Positions 38,066-51,022 of a stretch of 64,000 nucleotides of DNA are shown piece by piece. The DNA comes from Mobula hypostoma (lineage: Eukaryota): positions 112,346,001-112,410,000 of the forward strand of contig NC_086097.1 in NCBI RefSeq assembly GCF_963921235.1, in the 5' to 3' direction. Each line of letters opens with the position of its first letter. The first letter of the stretch is position 1. The notes under the pieces are model-generated. The model searched no databases and was not told where the DNA came from. It saw only the letters and a list, made by a program, of their open reading frames with translations. A program made the translations under genes and the position numbers.

Positions 38066-39120
38066 TTAGTTCAAGTTCAAATTCAAGTTTAATTGACATT
38101 CCCCATACATGAATACCCATGAATACAGAAAAATATAACAGCATTACTCCAGGGCCAAGGTGTAAAACTAATAATTATACACAGCAACAAGGCACATACA
38201 GCAAATATAAGACAGCAAGTATATATAAGATACCAATAGAATACAGTTACACACAAAAAATATCATCCAAGCCCTGGAGTCCATGAATGTTGCAGCAGTC
38301 TGCAGTTGAACACAATATAGTTTATCTTCTGCTGAGGAAATACTAGGGGGCAGCACCAAATCCAGCATGGACTCCACACTGTCTCCGGTACTCCGGTGGA
38401 GTGCTCGACTCTGACGCCTCTGCCTCAGGTGGCTGCGGAGAGGCAACACCACGGCTTGAGGCCCAGTATTCTCTATGACCACGGGTTGAGGCCCAGTACT
38501 CACTATGACCACGGCTTGAGGCCCAGTATTCTCTATGACCACGGCTTGAGGCCCAGTACTCACTATGACCACGGCTTGAGGCCCAGTTCTCACTATGACC
38601 ATGGCTTGAGGCCCAGTTCTCTCAATGACCACGGCTTGAGGCCCAGTACTCTCTATGACCACGGCTTGAGGCCCAGTTCTCACTATGACCACGGCTTGAG
38701 GCCCAGTTCTCTCAATGACCATGGCTTGAGGCCCACTACTCTCTATGACCAACTCACCCAACGTCCACCCCCGCAGTTCGCCATTAAGCCAATGAATTGG
38801 ACTTGCAACATTCCACACCACCAATGTCTAACAGGGTCTTGTGATCACAAGAAAAGCCACTAAGATGATCACTCACTGTTAGACTGCACTTATCCTTTAT
38901 GCACTGATGCCCTCTCTGCTGCTGGCAGTATCACAGTCTACCATGTCCAGCCCCTTCAGTTTCTCAATGAGCAACTCAATGATGGGGTATACCTGCAGTA
39001 CTTTAAGTTCTCAATGTCTGGCAGGACCTTGTGATCATAAAAAATGTGTTTAAAAAAGACAGCTACACCTTTGGTTGACTCTATAGAAGCCGTTGCATCG
39101 GAGTGCGCTGCCATCTTACC
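38066..39120 (-). mobile_element. Non-autonomous retroelement (head GGTAAGATGGC, (ttgaac)n tail) hosting a minisatellite
   Basis: Tail gttcaagttcaaattcaagtttaatt at 38069 and head gccatcttacc at 39110-39120. There is no coding capacity. Confidence 0.6.
38451..38750. repeat. 30-bp minisatellite, 10 units (consensus acggcttgaggcccagtactctctatgacc)
   Basis: Directly visible tandem units starting at 38451, 38481 ... 38721, with recurrent variant positions. Confidence 0.97.
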
Positions 39121-39481
39121 AGATATTTACCGAGCATGCTTTCAAGCATTCTAGTTTTACCAGGTTGGGATCAGATTGGTCCCAAGGATGGTGGAGTGAG
39201 GAAGAATACAGACTGTAGTGCAGCTTAATTTTCCACCATAACTGCCTCACTGTCTCTGCAACACATACAGCAAATTTAAACAGCATCTGACGATAATTTG
39301 CATTCTTCTTCTCAAGAATTGCTCACCTCAAGAGCCTCCAAAATGTGTCTTGGAAATCTGAACTCTGATCACCGTGAAATTCAACATCGAGTGAACTGAA
39401 ATGGAACCATTGCAATTTAATTCAGCAGGGAAGTATAGTCTACACTGGCTTGCATTTAGATCCTAGTTGAAACTTCTGGCA

Positions 39482-39740
39482 CACGTTAAACCTGGGAGTG
39501 GTCCGACAGAGGTATGGCGGATAGACTACAGTGATCCACTTCCCCTAGAACAGATACAAATACTTTTTAAATATGGTTTTCACCTATTCAGGTTTTTTGA
39601 TGGCCATCCCTTCTGTGAAGGCAGACCAGGACAATATCCTCACTAGCTTCAACAGTAGACAGCTTATTATGTTGATCACACTGAAACACAATCTGATATT
39701 GGGACTCACTTTTCAGGACATAAGTTATACAAACGGTCAT
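39482..39740 (+). mobile_element. Fossil retroviral integrase core fragment (ERV)
   Basis: HVKPGSGPTEVWRIDYSDPLP / YKYFLNMVFTYSGFLMAIPSVKADQ / TQSDIGTHFSG across frameshifts. These correspond to the WQ(I/V)DYIGPLP, DTYSG and SDxGTHF motifs. Confidence 0.75.
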
Positions 39741-39771
39741 CTGCATTAACTATTGCATTTCCAAGGGTATA

Positions 39772-42700
39772 GGATCAAAGATCAACTTTATTCGCCAAAT
39801 GCATTTTTCATTATTAGCCTTTTCCTTAGGTGTGTTGGCACAACATGCAACAATAAAAACAAAATTCAACAATTATAATAATAAGGAATTATACAAGAAT
39901 AAGCTGGAGTTTAAAGTACAGATATGGAGTATAATGTGCATAAATACATAAATATCAGCATGTATTTACGATGTAAATGGCATTGTAAAAGTGCTTACTG
40001 TGCATTGCAGGGACTGAGGTAAAATATAGAGGGGGTGGAGGGGGGCTAATTAGAATGGAATGCTTGATCAGATAAACTGCCTGGAGGAAGCAACTTTTAA
40101 GATGGCATGAAGATTTTGTTTTAACAGGCCTATAACGGTTTCTAGAAAAACACTTTTGGAAATGGCAGTTTGTAGGGTGGATATTGCCTGCAATGATTTT
40201 TCCTGTTTGCTTCTTTGACTTGGAGACATCCAAGTCCTTCAGAAATGAGACCATAAGACTGTAAGACACAGGAGCAGAATTAGGCCATTTAGCATATCAA
40301 GTCTGCTTCAGCATTCCATTGATTCTCTTCGGCATTCCATCATGGTTGATTTATTACCCCTCTCAACCCCATTCTTCTGCCTTCTCCCCATAACCTGTGA
40401 TAGCCTGATTAATCAAGAACCTATCAACCTCTGCCTTAATTATGATTGCATAGCCGTCTGTGGCGATGAATTCCACAGATTCACTATTCTCTGGCTAAAG
40501 AAATCTTTCCTCATCTCTGTTTTAAACAGATGTCCATTTATTCTGAGGTTGTGCCCTCTTGTCCTAGATTCCCCACTATAGGAAACATCCTCTCCACATA
40601 CACTCTATCTCGGCCTTTTATTATTTAATAGGTTTCATGAGGTCCCCTTCATTCTTCTAAACTCCAGTGATTACAGGCCCAGAGATATCAAACACACCTC
40701 ATATGTTAACTTGTTCATTGCCAGGATCATTCTCATAAACCTCCTCTGGACCCTCTACAATGCCAAAACATCATTTCTCAGATACTGGGCCCAAAACTGC
40801 TCACAATACTTCAAGTGCGGTCTAACCAATGTCGTATAAAGCCTCAGCATTCCATCCTCGATTTTGTAGTTTAGTCCTCTCAAAACGAATGCTGACATTG
40901 CATTTGCCTTCCTTACCACTGACTCAACTTGAAAGATAACCTTTAGGAAATCTTGCACGAGGCCTCCCACGTCCCCTTTGCACTTTTGATTTTTGAATTT
41001 TTTTCCCCATTTAGAAAATAGTGCACACCTTTATTCCTTCTACCAAAGAGCATGACCATGCACTTCCCTGCACTATTCCATCTGCAACTTATTTGCCCAT
41101 TCTCCTAATCTGTCTTAGGCCTTCTGCAGACACCCTGCTCCCTCAACACTTCCTGTCCCCCACATATCTTTGTATCATACACAAACTTTGCCACAAAGCC
41201 ATCAATTCTGTCAAACCATTGATATACTGTATAATGTGAAAAGAAATGGTCCTAACACCAACCCTGGTGGTACACCATTTGTCACCAGCAGCCAACTAGA
41301 AAAAAACACTGTATTTTCACACTTTTCCTCCTGCCAGTCAGTCAATCTTCTATCCATACTAGTATTTTCCCTGTAACACCATGGGCACTTACCTTGTTAA
41401 GCAGCCTCATGTGTGGCACCTTGTCAAATGCCTTCTGAAACTCCAAATAAGCAACATCCACTAACACTCCTCTGTTATTTCCTCAAGGAATTTCAACAGA
41501 TTTATCAGGTAAGATTTCCCTTTAAGGAAATCATTCTGTCTTTGGCCTATTTTGTCATGTGCTCCATGTACCCTGAAACCTCATTCTTATTGATAGGCTC
41601 CAACATCTTTCAAACCACTGAAGTCAGGCTAACTGGCCTATAATTTTCTTTCTTCTGCTGCCCTCCCTTCTTAAAGAGTGGAGTGACATTTTTATGCTAT
41701 TTTTGACTTCCCTTGTCAATGCAGTTGCCTCATCTTTCCTTTAGAATCCTTTGTCATGCTTGGGATGTATCTATCCTGTGCATTTCGAATTGCCCCCAGA
41801 AATTCCAGCTATTGCTGTTCTCCAGTCATCCCTGATAGTGACTCCTTCCAATCAACTTCTGCCAATTACTCTCTCACGCCGCTATAATTCCCTTTACTCC
41901 ACTGTAACACTGATACATCTGAATTTATCTTCTCAAACTACAGGATGTATTCAATCATATAATCACTATTTCCTAAGGGTTCCTTTACCTTAAGCTCCTG
42001 AAACAAATCTGGTTCATTACACAGCACACAATCAACGATTGCCTTTCCGTTAGTGGGCTCAACCACGAGCTGCTCTATAAAGCCAAATTGTAGGCATTCT
42101 AAAAATTCCCTCTCCCTGGATCTAGCACCAACACGATTTTCCCAGTCTATCTGCACATCAAAATCCCTCATGACTGCCATAACATTGCCCTTTTGACATG
42201 CCTTTTCTATCTCTCAATGTAATTATATCCCAGATCCTGACTACTGTCATTGGTGCTAATGTGCACCATGATCTCTGGCTGCTCACCCTCCCTCTTGAGA
42301 ATCTTCTGCAGCTGTACTGAGACATCCTGGACCCTAGCACCTGGGAGGCAATCCACCAACCTAGCATCCTTTTTATGGCCACAGAGTTTGCTATCTGACC
42401 TGCTAACTATCGAATCTCCTTTCACAATCACAATGCCTGACTTTACCCTTCCTTGCTGAGTCTTGGAGCCTGCCACATGCCACTGGCCTGGCTGCTGCTG
42501 TTGTGCCCTGTTAGGTCATCCCTCTCACAGTACCCGAAGGGTTGTTGCTGAGTATAATCACTACAGGTAAGCTTTACATTGACTGCTTACTCCCCTTATT
42601 TCTCCTGGTGGTCACCCATCTACTATCTGAAGCCTGCACCCTGGCTGTGGGCACCTCAGAAAATGTCTCACCTATGAGGTTTTTAGCTTTCTGGATGGTC

Positions 42701-43790
42701 CTGAGTACATTCAGCTCCAGCTCCAGTTCCTTAACTTTGTCAGTCAGGAGCTGATGATAGGTGCACATCCTGCAGATGTGGTCAACAGGGAGACAGTTTG
42801 GTACCCTGAAATCCCACATCTCACAGTGGGAGCATTTTACTGCCTTAACTACCATCATGTTATACCTCTAACTTCTCAAGCTTAATTTCTAGCCTGTTCT
42901 GTTCTCGCCTTGGCCTGTTGAGCCAAAGCCTGGCCACTCTAACAGTCTCCAGTCCATCAATGGCTGCTCCACTTACATCTCGCTTCTTTTTATTGGCCCC
43001 TGCTAAGTTCCTAAGAGATTGCTATGATAGCAGCTTGCCAAATAGTTTTGAAAGGCCCAGAGTTCTTTTTAAACCTCATGCCAACTCACCAAGGAATGAC
43101 TTCTTGCAATGACTACAGACAACAAAAAGGTCCTGAAAGTCTCCTCTTGTGCTGCTTCATCGACAAATGACTTCTCGGCTGATTGCAGCTTGCGGACAAG
43201 TTCCAAAAGGCCCCAAACTCTTTTTACACCTCGTGCTGCCTCATCAACAAATGACTTCTTGCAATGATTGCAGCCCTCTGAAATGGTAGACTGCAGCCAG
43301 TGAGCCGACAGTCTGCTGTGGTTTTTGTGGACTGTGAGATGATGCTGGACCAAACCAGATAGTAATGGCTGATGTGAGGATGCTGTCTTTGATGGCAGTG
43401 TAGTACTGCTCCAATGTTTTCTGGAGATGACGTAACTTTACCAAATGCCGCAAGAAGTACATCGTCTGCTGAGCCTTTTTGTTAATGAAGGAGATGTGGT
43501 TTTCCCACGAGGTTCTGCGAAATAGCAATGCCAAGGACTTGAATGTTGAAACGATGCTAACTATAGAGTTGTTGCTGATAAGTGGGTGGAGAGGAGACAC
43601 ATTTCTCCTGAAATCAACAGGCATCTCCACATTTCTGAAGGTTTTCAGCTCCAGGTTGTTGTGACTGCATCATGACACGACCTTGTATACTTCCTGGTGG
43701 TACTTGGTTTCATTGGCTCTGACAGTCCAATGACAGTGATGTTGTCCACAAACTTTATCAGATTTCAATTTGGGAAGTGACACAATGTGG
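39772..43790 (-). mobile_element. Rex/Babar LINE 3' half, split by the CR1 insertion
   Basis: VDFRR...KKAQQTMYFLRHL...SILTSAITIWFG. The 3' tail gatcaaagatcaactttatt is at 39772. Confidence 0.75.
40248..43279 (-). mobile_element. Near full-length, internally deleted CR1 LINE with an ORF1 esterase
   Basis: ORF1 CSHCEMW...ICRMC followed by the SGNH-like GDSIVS...CLPGARVQDVS, then ORF2 fragments. TSD gaaatg at 40242-40247 and 43280-43285. Confidence 0.88.
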
Positions 43791-44741
43791 AGAAACCAAA
43801 TGGTTGTTTAAGAACTGTATGGCACTAGGAGGGTTAGGGTTTTGGGAATACCCAGCTAATGTTTGTAATGTCACAAAGTAGAACCCATGAACTAGTGGTA
43901 GAGAAGTGTGGTAATGATATATCTGTACTATTGTCTGAGACTGGTATGCAACACAACATCTGCCTTTTGAGATGATGCAACCCATATTGTTCATGCCTTC
44001 TGTCATGTTTAGGCATGTATGGTGAACTGACAACTATTTGTGATGAGAGAGTTCAAAGCAGATGTTCTTATTCAAAATTGAGTTTTCTGTCCACAGTATC
44101 CACAACAAGCAGGTATGTTAATCAGGAAGATAAGTTAAAAAAAAAGGTCTTGATTCATTGGGGCCCTAAGGCCTTGAAGCATGCAGACAACAGACATTGA
44201 AGAGTATGAAATGACTAGATCATCTGTTTTTTTTTCTTGGAGACGAGCGAGACCAGTTCAGTGACAATGTAAAATTCATTAAGAAATAATTATCTTTAGA
44301 ATTTTAGTTGGCTGGAATGCATAGATTAGAAAACAAGTATAGGTTTTCTTGATTATATGAGTAGTGAACAAGCTCATTGTACTTCTTGGACTGGAATCAC
44401 AATCAGTGTTAAGGAAATCTGAGATTTTCCGGACCATTTGTTGTAAATTGGATTCCCTACTAAGCAGAAGGCGTGAGTCTTGTTCATATGTACTTTATCT
44501 GTGTAATACTTCAAATAAATACTCTTAAGTGTTCTTTCTTCCTCATTGATCTGAATACCTGAAACCTGCTTATTTCCAGAGGAACAAATGTGGGGAATGC
44601 TAAGAGTTCAGTGAAAGCTGGTATTGGAAATTTTAGGGAAAAATGAAATTTGAGGTTCCAGATGTTGATTTTGTTCAAGGAATTTCCATTTTTTTAGTAA
44701 CAGATCGATTTCATGCAGTATGTGGAATGATGAATTCTGAA

Positions 44742-44965
44742 ACAACAGGAATTCTGCAGATGCTGGAAATTCAAGCAACACACATCAAAGTTGCTGGTGA
44801 ACGCAGCAGGCCAGGCAGCATCTATAGGAAGAGGTACAGTCGACGTTTCAGGCCGAGACCCTTCGTCAGGACTAACGAAGGGTCTCGGCCTGAAACGTCG
44901 ACTGTACCTCTTCCTATAGATGCTGCCTGGCCTGCTGCGTTCACCAGCAACTTTGATGTGTGTTG
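44742..44965. mobile_element. Penelope-derived perfect fold-back (91-bp arms, 8-nt loop)
   Basis: Arms 44776-44866 and 44875-44965 are reverse complements around the loop caggacta. TSD atgaattctgaa at 44730-44741 and 44966-44977. Confidence 0.92.
44837..44874 (-). ncRNA. Minimal type-I hammerhead ribozyme, intact core, sense to RIMS2 pre-mRNA
   Basis: The minus strand reads UAGUC-CUGACGA-AGGGUCUCGGCCU-GAAA-CGUC^GACUG. Confidence 0.78.
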
Positions 44966-45199
44966 ATGAATTCTGAAGATTATCTGAAGGAGCTGGAAGT
45001 GTGATAAAGTTTATACTTGGAATATCTCCAGTTCTATTAAAATTTTACAATATCATAGAATAATAAATTGGTAAAAAGGCCCCAGAAATCCACGCTGACC
45101 CTCTGAAGATTTGAACCACTCTTGACCAGGAGAAAGGTCATCTTGACTTCATTAGTTGAGTGGCAGTAGGACACATGCAGAGCTTGGAGGCAACCTTTA

Positions 45200-45900
45200 A
45201 CTGATGACCAGATGTTCACTGAAGAAGACCTCACACTCAACATCTGCAAAAGAAAGGTCCTGAGCTAACCTCTCCCCACTGTACTACAATCTCCTTGAAC
45301 AATTAAGGCGTAAGGTAAAACCCTAGAAATTGTGATCTGTTTTCCTTACCTCGGGATCACCAATAAAATTTGCCATCAGCAAAGTACAAAGTATAATCAG
45401 AACCTCTGGTCATCTGGGAGAAAGAATGTTCAAAGGTCAAGACCTCATGTTCAGCATAGACCGCATGGTCGACTGGACAACAGTGATCTCTACTCTCCTG
45501 GATGCTTCTAAGACTTGGATTAACTCAGTAGGCAGGTCAAAGCACTGAAGAGGTATCAACAAAACAGTCTATGCAGAATATTTCAAATCACTGTCATCAT
45601 TCTTGCCTTGACTAAAATCTGCATCTCTGAGCCCCGAAGCATTCAGTTGGTTCCACTGGTCAGGATGTGCCCAAGATCAAAGTCCTTAAAGAGACTCCTT
45701 TCTGAGCTGTTCTAAAAAGTGATAACCAGTGAGATGGAGAAAAGTATTCATTGATGTTCTTTAAAGACCTTTGGAAAGCGCAATATCCCCACCAATTATT
45801 GGTAATCCCTGGGCTCATGATTGCTCATAGATGGGAAGAAGCATTCAAGATGGGGCTGACAGCCTAAAGTCTGCCATAGACCAGAGAAGGAAAAAAAAAT
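45200..45900 (+). mobile_element. Highly decayed RTE LINE fragment
   Basis: Remnant TLNICKRKVL...LEIVICFPYLGI, resembling the RTE RT C-terminal LE.V..F.YLG motif. Confidence 0.5.
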
Positions 45901-47183
45901 CTCACAAACTATCTATCCCTCTGCTCTGTCAAACACTTTCTGACCCATGTGTGCCAAAACCTGTAGGTTAGCCTCACCGGACATTTGTGTGTCATGTAAA
46001 AAAATCATGAAAGAATCTAGCTTTTACACACTTCCAGGTAACATATTCCATATACTTAACACTTGCTCAAAATGTGGAATGCTTTACTTTTAAATTATGC
46101 CCTCTGACTTTTGACTTCTCTACCAATGGAAATAGTTTCTCTCCATCTACTCTAAGTCCTTCATCATTTTCAATGTCACTGTCACATCTTCCTTTGATCT
46201 TCTGAGCTCTAATGAAAGCAGCCTTTTCTTAAAACAAGTTCATAACTACAAGAACCATTCTAATAAACATTTTCTATACTGTCTAACTGGTTCTTACATT
46301 TGGCCAGAATTGGATACATTACACTATCTGCAGCTGAATATATATATGCATACTTTTTATTATTTATTTTAAAATACTCCACCAAAATTCCCAACCTATA
46401 CACTTCCTCTAGAAGTGTATTCTTTAGAGTGAGCTGGAATTTGAGAATTGAGAAATGTCATTGTTCTCCAGTCCTACATTTTTCACGGAGTTAACTGGGG
46501 GAGCATGTTTAATTCCTTATATAATTTCTAAAAGCTTTTGGGTCACGGATTTTCACAACCATTGAGAAAACCTATTAACTTAGACAGATAGTAAAACTCT
46601 GGGTATGATTTTGCTATTTGTCAAAGGTTTTCTCAGTTGGTGTGTAGGTGGAGCTTGTTTAGACAAGCCGCACATCATTATTACATAATGCAAGACATTG
46701 GCACCACAAGTGTCTCGCTCAATGGGATTTTAACAGTCTGTATCAGGAAGATATATATGAATTAACTGTACATCTTAACAGTGCATGAATTCTTTGAGCT
46801 GCACATGGCATCTTCTGGGCCATTACAATGTCTCTCTTTCTTCTACTTAGCCAAGTGCATTTATTCTTATTTATTTTATTTTATTTAGAGATTCAGCATG
46901 GAATAGGACCTTCTGGCCCTTCAAACCGCACCACCCAGCAATCCCCGACAACCCCTGATTTAACCCTAACCTAATCATGGGACAATTTACAATGACCAAT
47001 TAACCTACCTGGTATGTCTTTTGTACTGTGGAAGGAAAATGAAGAGTCCAGAGAAAACCCATGCATTCCACAGGGAGGATATACAGACACTCCTTACAGA
47101 GGATGCCAGCATTGAACTCTGAACTTTCATGCCAAGCTGTAATAGCATCACGCTAAACGCTACACTATCATGGCGCCAAACTC

Positions 47184-47476
47184 TTTTTTTTTGCGTGTGC
47201 ATGCATGCGTCTGTGACGATGTCTTTTTCATGGCTTTTTACAAGGCGCAGAACGAGAGAGCGAGAGAGAGAGAGAGAGAGAGACTGTGTGGGGCGTCACT
47301 CCTCACACAGACACTTTCGCAGTATTTTCCTTTTATTTTACGAGGCCAAGTTGCAATCTTGACACTCAACCCAGCACGGATGGAAAGCGTACTCGGGAGC
47401 GGACCTGGCTGGGTTCAAACCTGGGAAACTCCGCTCCCGGGTCCGGCGCCGATGTCGTTGCGCCACCAGCCGACCC
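47184..47476 (-). mobile_element. Young tRNA-headed SINE with a (TC)n tract and poly(A) tail
   Basis: 5' GGGTCGGCTGGTGGCGCAACGA (A box) and GGTTTGAACC (B box). TSD atgg(c/t)gcca(a/g)actc at 47170-47183 and 47478-47491. CpG-rich. Confidence 0.8.
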
Positions 47477-48984
47477 TATGGTGCCAGACTCTTTGCATTT
47501 ATTCAATAGATTTTATTTGTCATATGCCTGCTTGTCTACCAGCTTATCTATGCTCTCCTGAAGTTCATCAAAATCTTCACAACTACAAATTCCAAATTCT
47601 GGTATAATTTCTAATCTTTTTTACTTGTCTTCTGTACACCAAATTCTAAGTCATTCAAAAGCAGAAGAAAGAACAGCAACTCTTGAGAAACATCATCTTT
47701 CAGAATGAAAATCAAGCATTAACTATGCTTCTCTGTTTCCTGTCATTAAGCCAAATTCACATCAGTACTTGTTTTATTCTCTGGTCTTCAACTTAGGTGA
47801 TAAATCTAACATTAAGTGCTTTATCAAAACTTCTGGAAACCTAAATATGCAATATTAACTGTATTGTTTCTGTATTAATTCTGTTATCTCATTAAGAAAA
47901 TTAACCTGTTAGTTAAATATGATATTCTTTCTGGAAATCAGTATTGGCTTCCAATAATCAAACCATCCAGGTGACTGATAATTTTATTCCAAACTTCTGC
48001 TTCTAAAATAAAGCTAAATTGCCCTGGTGATACCTTCTGTAAAATTATCTTAAAAAGTATGTAATTCCCCAGTCCCCTTCCAGCACTAGCATCATGATGA
48101 GACGGTGAAGACTGATCCCCGTTATGAGCCTCTCAACCTTGCACTTGTACTTATTAATTGTCATGTTATCTACATTGTGAAAGCCCTTGCACTTTCTGTT
48201 TAATCTTGTCAGATTTATCTTGACTGGCATGGGTCTCCAGCCTACTGTGATTCTACAAAGCTGACTCCCAATTAGCACAGATCACGGTGCGTGTGTGTTT
48301 CGAGAAAGAGTCACGGTCAAGCCACTGATGTTGTGCTGGAATTTCTATAAATAATTGCTTCTGTCTCAACATGGGAGTCTGCCATTCCTCCACACTTGTG
48401 TTCAGTCGCCTGTCTGTGCACACTGTGACAGATCCCAGTACTAGTGATATATTTTTTTACACTACTCAGCAATCTAGGAAGCAACTATGAAATCATAGCC
48501 TTTTTACCTTCCATACAGAACTTTCAAGAACCTCCTTCTTGTGTTTTTCACAATGTGGCATTTCAAACACATCCCCTTTTATTGTGAATGAATGGGAGGT
48601 ACCAGCCTCGAAACAGCATCACAGGACTACATGCATGCTAAACAATAAACGTGTGCAATAAACAGAACTCAGCAATCTCAAAGCTGATGTACAAAATCAG
48701 AGTTCTAAAATTCTTCCACGTCTAGTCAGGAATAGATGTTGTCTTTTAAGCAGTTATTGGATGATGAAGACTCCAAGAGCTTCCATGTGCTCAATAAGTA
48801 TCAAAGATAAAGATTAAAGTATTTGCAAATATTTTGTGATCCATCTCTACTTCCTCCTCAGGTCTTTACTGTTACAGTGGTTTCTTACCAATTCAAATCA
48901 TTCTATCTGACGTATAGATCTATCTCAGGGCAGTAAACACAGAAAAAAACAACAAGGTGGTTTATTGGTAAAAAAAAAGAAATC

Positions 48985-50762
48985 AAATCATTAGAAAGAA
49001 GTGATATAGGATTAGAAGGCATAGAAGCCTTGTCGGTTGAGTTAAGAAACTAGGGGTAAAAAAAACCTGCTGGGAGCTATATACAGTCCTCCAAAGCATA
49101 GCCAGATGTGGGGTACAAATTACTACAGGAGATAGAAAAGCCATGTTAAAGGGCAATGCCTCAATGGCAGTGTTGGATTTTAATATGCGGGTAAAGGGGC
49201 ACCATTGTTGACAGTGGTTAGCGTGACACGATTACAACTTGGGGCATCAGAGTTTGGAGTACAATTCTGATGCCACTTGTAAGGAATTTGCACGACCTCC
49301 GTATAATATTTGTATGTTTCTTCCAGGTGCTCTGGTTTCCTCCCACAGTCTAAAGATGTACCGGTTAGTAGGTTAATTTGTTGTTGTAAATTGTCCTGCG
49401 ATTAGGCTAGGGTTAAATGGGTGGGATGCTGGACAGTACGGCTCAGTGGAAATAAATAAAGTCACCTGGATCGGGTGGACTACAACCCAGGATCCTAAAA
49501 GAGGTAGCTGAAGAAATTGTAGAGGCTTTTACAGTGATGTTTCAAGAAAAACTACTTTGTACAACGATTCCGGAGGACGAGAAAATTGTAAATATCACTC
49601 CACTCTTTAAGAAGAGAGGGAGGAAAAAGACTAGAAGTTATGGGCCAGTTAGTCTGACTTCAGTGGTTGGCAAGAAGTTAGAATCCATTGTTGGGGACGA
49701 CATTTCAAGGTATTTGGAAGCACATGATAAAATAGGCTCAAGTCAAGCATCTTTCCATCAGGGTAATCTTGCCTGATATAGCTGTTAGAATACTTTGAGG
49801 AAATAATGGTCAGGATTGACAAAGGAGAGTCAGTGGATGTTATTAACTTAGATTTTCAGTAGGCCTTTGACAAAATGCCACACCTGAGGCTGCGGAACAA
49901 GATAAGAGGCTGTGGCATTACGGGAAAGATACTAGCATGGATAGAGGGTTGGCTGACTGGCAGGAGGCAAAGAGTGGGAATAAAGGGAGCTTTTTCTGTT
50001 TGGCTGCTGGTGACTGGTGATGTTCTACAGGGGTCTGTGTCTGGTCTGCTACTTTTTACATTATATGTTAATGATCTGGATGATGGATTTGATGGCTTTG
50101 TGGCCAAGTTTGCAGATGATACAAAGATCGGTGGAGGGGCAAGTAGTATTGAGGAAGCAGGGAGTCTGCGGAAGGCCTTGGACAGATTAGGAAAATGGGC
50201 AAAAAGTGGCAGACAGGATACTGGGGAAGTGTTTAAACATAAAGATGTAATACTGAGGCTTTATAAGGCATTGTTCAGACCACACTTGAATCACAGGAAT
50301 TAAAGAGTTTATGTTTGAGAATCGTTTGCTGGCTCTGGGCCTGTATTCACTAGTATTTAGAAGAATGAGGGAAATCTTGTTGAAACCTACAAAATATTGT
50401 AAGGCCTACATGTAGTGGACATGGATGGGATATTTCTAAATAGTGTGAGAGTCTAGGACCAGATTGCACAGCCTCAGAAGAGAATGATATCCCTTTAGAA
50501 CAATGATGAGGAGGAACTTCTTTAGCCAGAGGGAGGGTGATGAATCTGTGGAATTTATTACCACAGAACGCTGTGGAGGCCAAGTCATTGGGCATGTTGA
50601 AAGTAGTGGTTGATAGGTTCTTGATAAGTAGAGACATCAAAGGTTATAGAGAGAAGTGAGGAGAATGTGGTTGGGAGGGATAATAAATCAGCCATTTTAG
50701 AATGATGGAACTATAGCGGAACAGACATGTTGAGTTGAATAGCTCCTATATCATAAGGTCTT
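48985..50762 (+). mobile_element. CR1 LINE with an internal deletion and a nested V-SINE (~49200-49460)
   Basis: NITPLFKK..YGPVSLTSVVGK and GDVLQGSVSG..VAKFADDTKIGG. Confidence 0.88.
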
Positions 50763-51022
50763 AAGGTGCTTACAATTCACAATCCATCTAAGATCCTGAT
50801 GAAGGGTCTCGGCCCAAAACATCAACTTTATTCATTTCCATAGATGCTGCCTGACCTGCTGAGTTCCTCCAGGATTTAGTGCATGCCCAAATAAGATAAC
50901 TTGCTCCTTGGAATAGTACAGGGTAGGTGTTTTCTCTGTTCTTACATTGGTAGGGCTATGTGAAGTGGATGCTGGTTTTGGAAAAAATGTATAAACCCGT
51001 GCACCATTTACTGTAACCTCCC

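Noticed and set aside
38168..38863. 218-aa and 155-aa repeat-protein ORFs; superficially CRISPR-like array
   Set aside because: A 30-bp tandem minisatellite without stops. There are no unique spacers and no cas genes, and the context is eukaryotic.
43085..43270. Short direct duplications (aatgacttcttgcaatga; gtgctgc.tcatc.acaaatgacttct)
   Set aside because: These are most simply 5' UTR repeats of the CR1 element.
45343..45355. Strong minus-strand donor GAG|GTAAGG
   Set aside because: It lies in the antisense of a decayed RTE (PYLG codons), with no matching acceptor or frame.
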